From IMG/VR virus record IMGVR_UViG_3300033181_000233, positions 1 through 45,004 of that record: a DNA stretch of 45,004 nt; one strand, 5' to 3'. Both the position numbers and the translations under genes were made by a program. This stretch comes from a virus. Lineage: Duplodnaviria; Caudoviricetes. The notes below the pieces were generated by a model. It was given only the letters and a program-made list of their open reading frames with translations, searched no databases and was not told where the DNA came from. Positions 44,144-45,004 of the stretch are shown piece after piece (the stretch's first letter is position 1; every line of letters begins with the position of its first letter).

Positions 44144-45004
44144 CTACCCTGCCCGGACCCCCGAGACGGCGCCGGCCGCGAGGACGGCGCGCCACCGGGC
44201 GTCCGCCCCCGGAGCGGCGTAGATGGCGGTGGTTGCGGGCGACTGGTGGCCGAGGAGTTCCTGGACGGCGCGGATGTCCGCCTCCGACTGGTAGGCGACG
44301 GTGGCGAACCGGTGCCGCAGCTGGTGCAGCGTCTCGGGGATCTCGTGCACGTGCAGGTGCCGATTGGCAATCGCCGACACGCGTGACGCCTCGTTGTAGC
44401 CGCGGCCGCCGTCGGCCCGCCGAATCACGGCCCCGCGGTGGTCCGGCAGCGCCCGCAGCACGGCGGCCAACCCGGGGCTAACGAACACGGTCCGGCCGAC
44501 GCCGCCCTTGCCGTTGACGACCCGCAGCGACGGGGGAGTGGCCCGCAGGTCCACCTCCGACCAGTCCAGCTGAGCGACCTCCATCGCCCGCAGGCCCGCG
44601 TAACCCGCCAACGCAAGGATCGCGCGCGTCCGTAGGTCCGCAGCCGCAAGCGCCTCGGCGAAGGCGTCCTCAGGCATCGGTCGGGGGAGCCGCCGGCGTG
44701 TCTTGGGTGTGAGCAGGCGAGTGCTCGGGTCGTCCGGCCTCAGGCCCTCTCGGACCGCCCATCGGTAGAACTCGCGGACGTGCTCGATCTCGACGCGCAC
44801 CGAGTCGCTGGCGACCTGCCGGACGCGGACCTCCTGCCACGCGCGCAGGTCGGCCTCAGTGAGCGTGAGCAGGTCCCGGTCATCGTGCGCGCGAGCGAGC
44901 CGGCCCAGGACGTACCGGCGGTTCCGACGGGTCGACACCCGGAGGTCGCGCAGGACCAGCTCGCCGAGGTGGTCACGGATCGTCTGCTGCACGTCACTGC
45001 GCAT
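44144..45004 (-). CDS. int: Tyrosine integrase (short, no N-terminal arm-binding domain)
   Basis: GLRAMEV, GKGG, HQLRH and LLGHQSPATTAIY give the R-K-H-R-H-Y catalytic set; 286 aa. Confidence 0.95.
   Translation of the reverse strand: MRSDVQQTIRDHLGELVLRDLRVSTRRNRRYVLGRLARAHDDRDLLTLTEADLRAWQEVRVRQVASDSVRVEIEHVREFYRWAVREGLRPDDPSTRLLTPKTRRRLPRPMPEDAFAEALAAADLRTRAILALAGYAGLRAMEVAQLDWSEVDLRATPPSLRVVNGKGGVGRTVFVSPGLAAVLRALPDHRGAVIRRADGGRGYNEASRVSAIANRHLHVHEIPETLHQLRHRFATVAYQSEADIRAVQELLGHQSPATTAIYAAPGADARWRAVLAAGAVSGVRAG

Larger units (their letters stand above)
119..45004. mobile_element. Temperate siphovirus prophage (HK97-type head), integrated at the metH 3' end; right boundary lies outside the window
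   Basis: Ordered set of repressor, recombination/replication, packaging, head, tail, lysis and integrase genes directly after a host housekeeping gene. Confidence 0.95.

Noticed and set aside
44900-45004. attR copy of the metH 3' sequence
   Set aside because: No match was seen; the window ends at the integrase start codon, so attR should lie beyond it.
1-45004. tRNA, rRNA, IS elements and known defence operons
   Set aside because: None was recognisable by eye; the intergenic gaps are short and explained by promoters or hairpins.

Overview
This window holds an almost complete, high-GC temperate siphovirus prophage (about 45 kb) of an actinobacterium. It is inserted at the extreme 3' end of the host methionine synthase gene (metH tail at 1-132). 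From left to right it contains: an XRE repressor and a divergent Cro/Xis-like switch; many small early genes; a YqaJ exonuclease, a RecT-like annealing protein and a RuvC-like resolvase; a DnaB-N/AAA helicase followed by an iteron-like repeat block; a GIY-YIG protein and a probable late activator; HNH, TerS, TerL and an HK97-type head; a tail whose tape measure carries NlpC/P60 and transglycosylase domains; about 10 kb of fibre and carbohydrate-active tail genes; a lysis cassette without LysB; a second small divergent switch; a membrane protein; and a short tyrosine integrase whose start codon is the last base of the window, so attR is not visible. The most notable observations are four. (1) The repressor's stop codon lies inside the last codons of metH, and the integrase lacks an arm-binding domain and points the same way. 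This is the layout of integration-dependent immunity, here at a protein-coding gene rather than a tRNA. (2) A tail-region GH5 glycoside hydrolase appears circularly permuted. (3) A pseudoknot-like RNA element sits in front of the tail assembly chaperone. (4) Three collagen genes split one repeat module at the same point. All family assignments come from motif recognition by eye; no database search was run.
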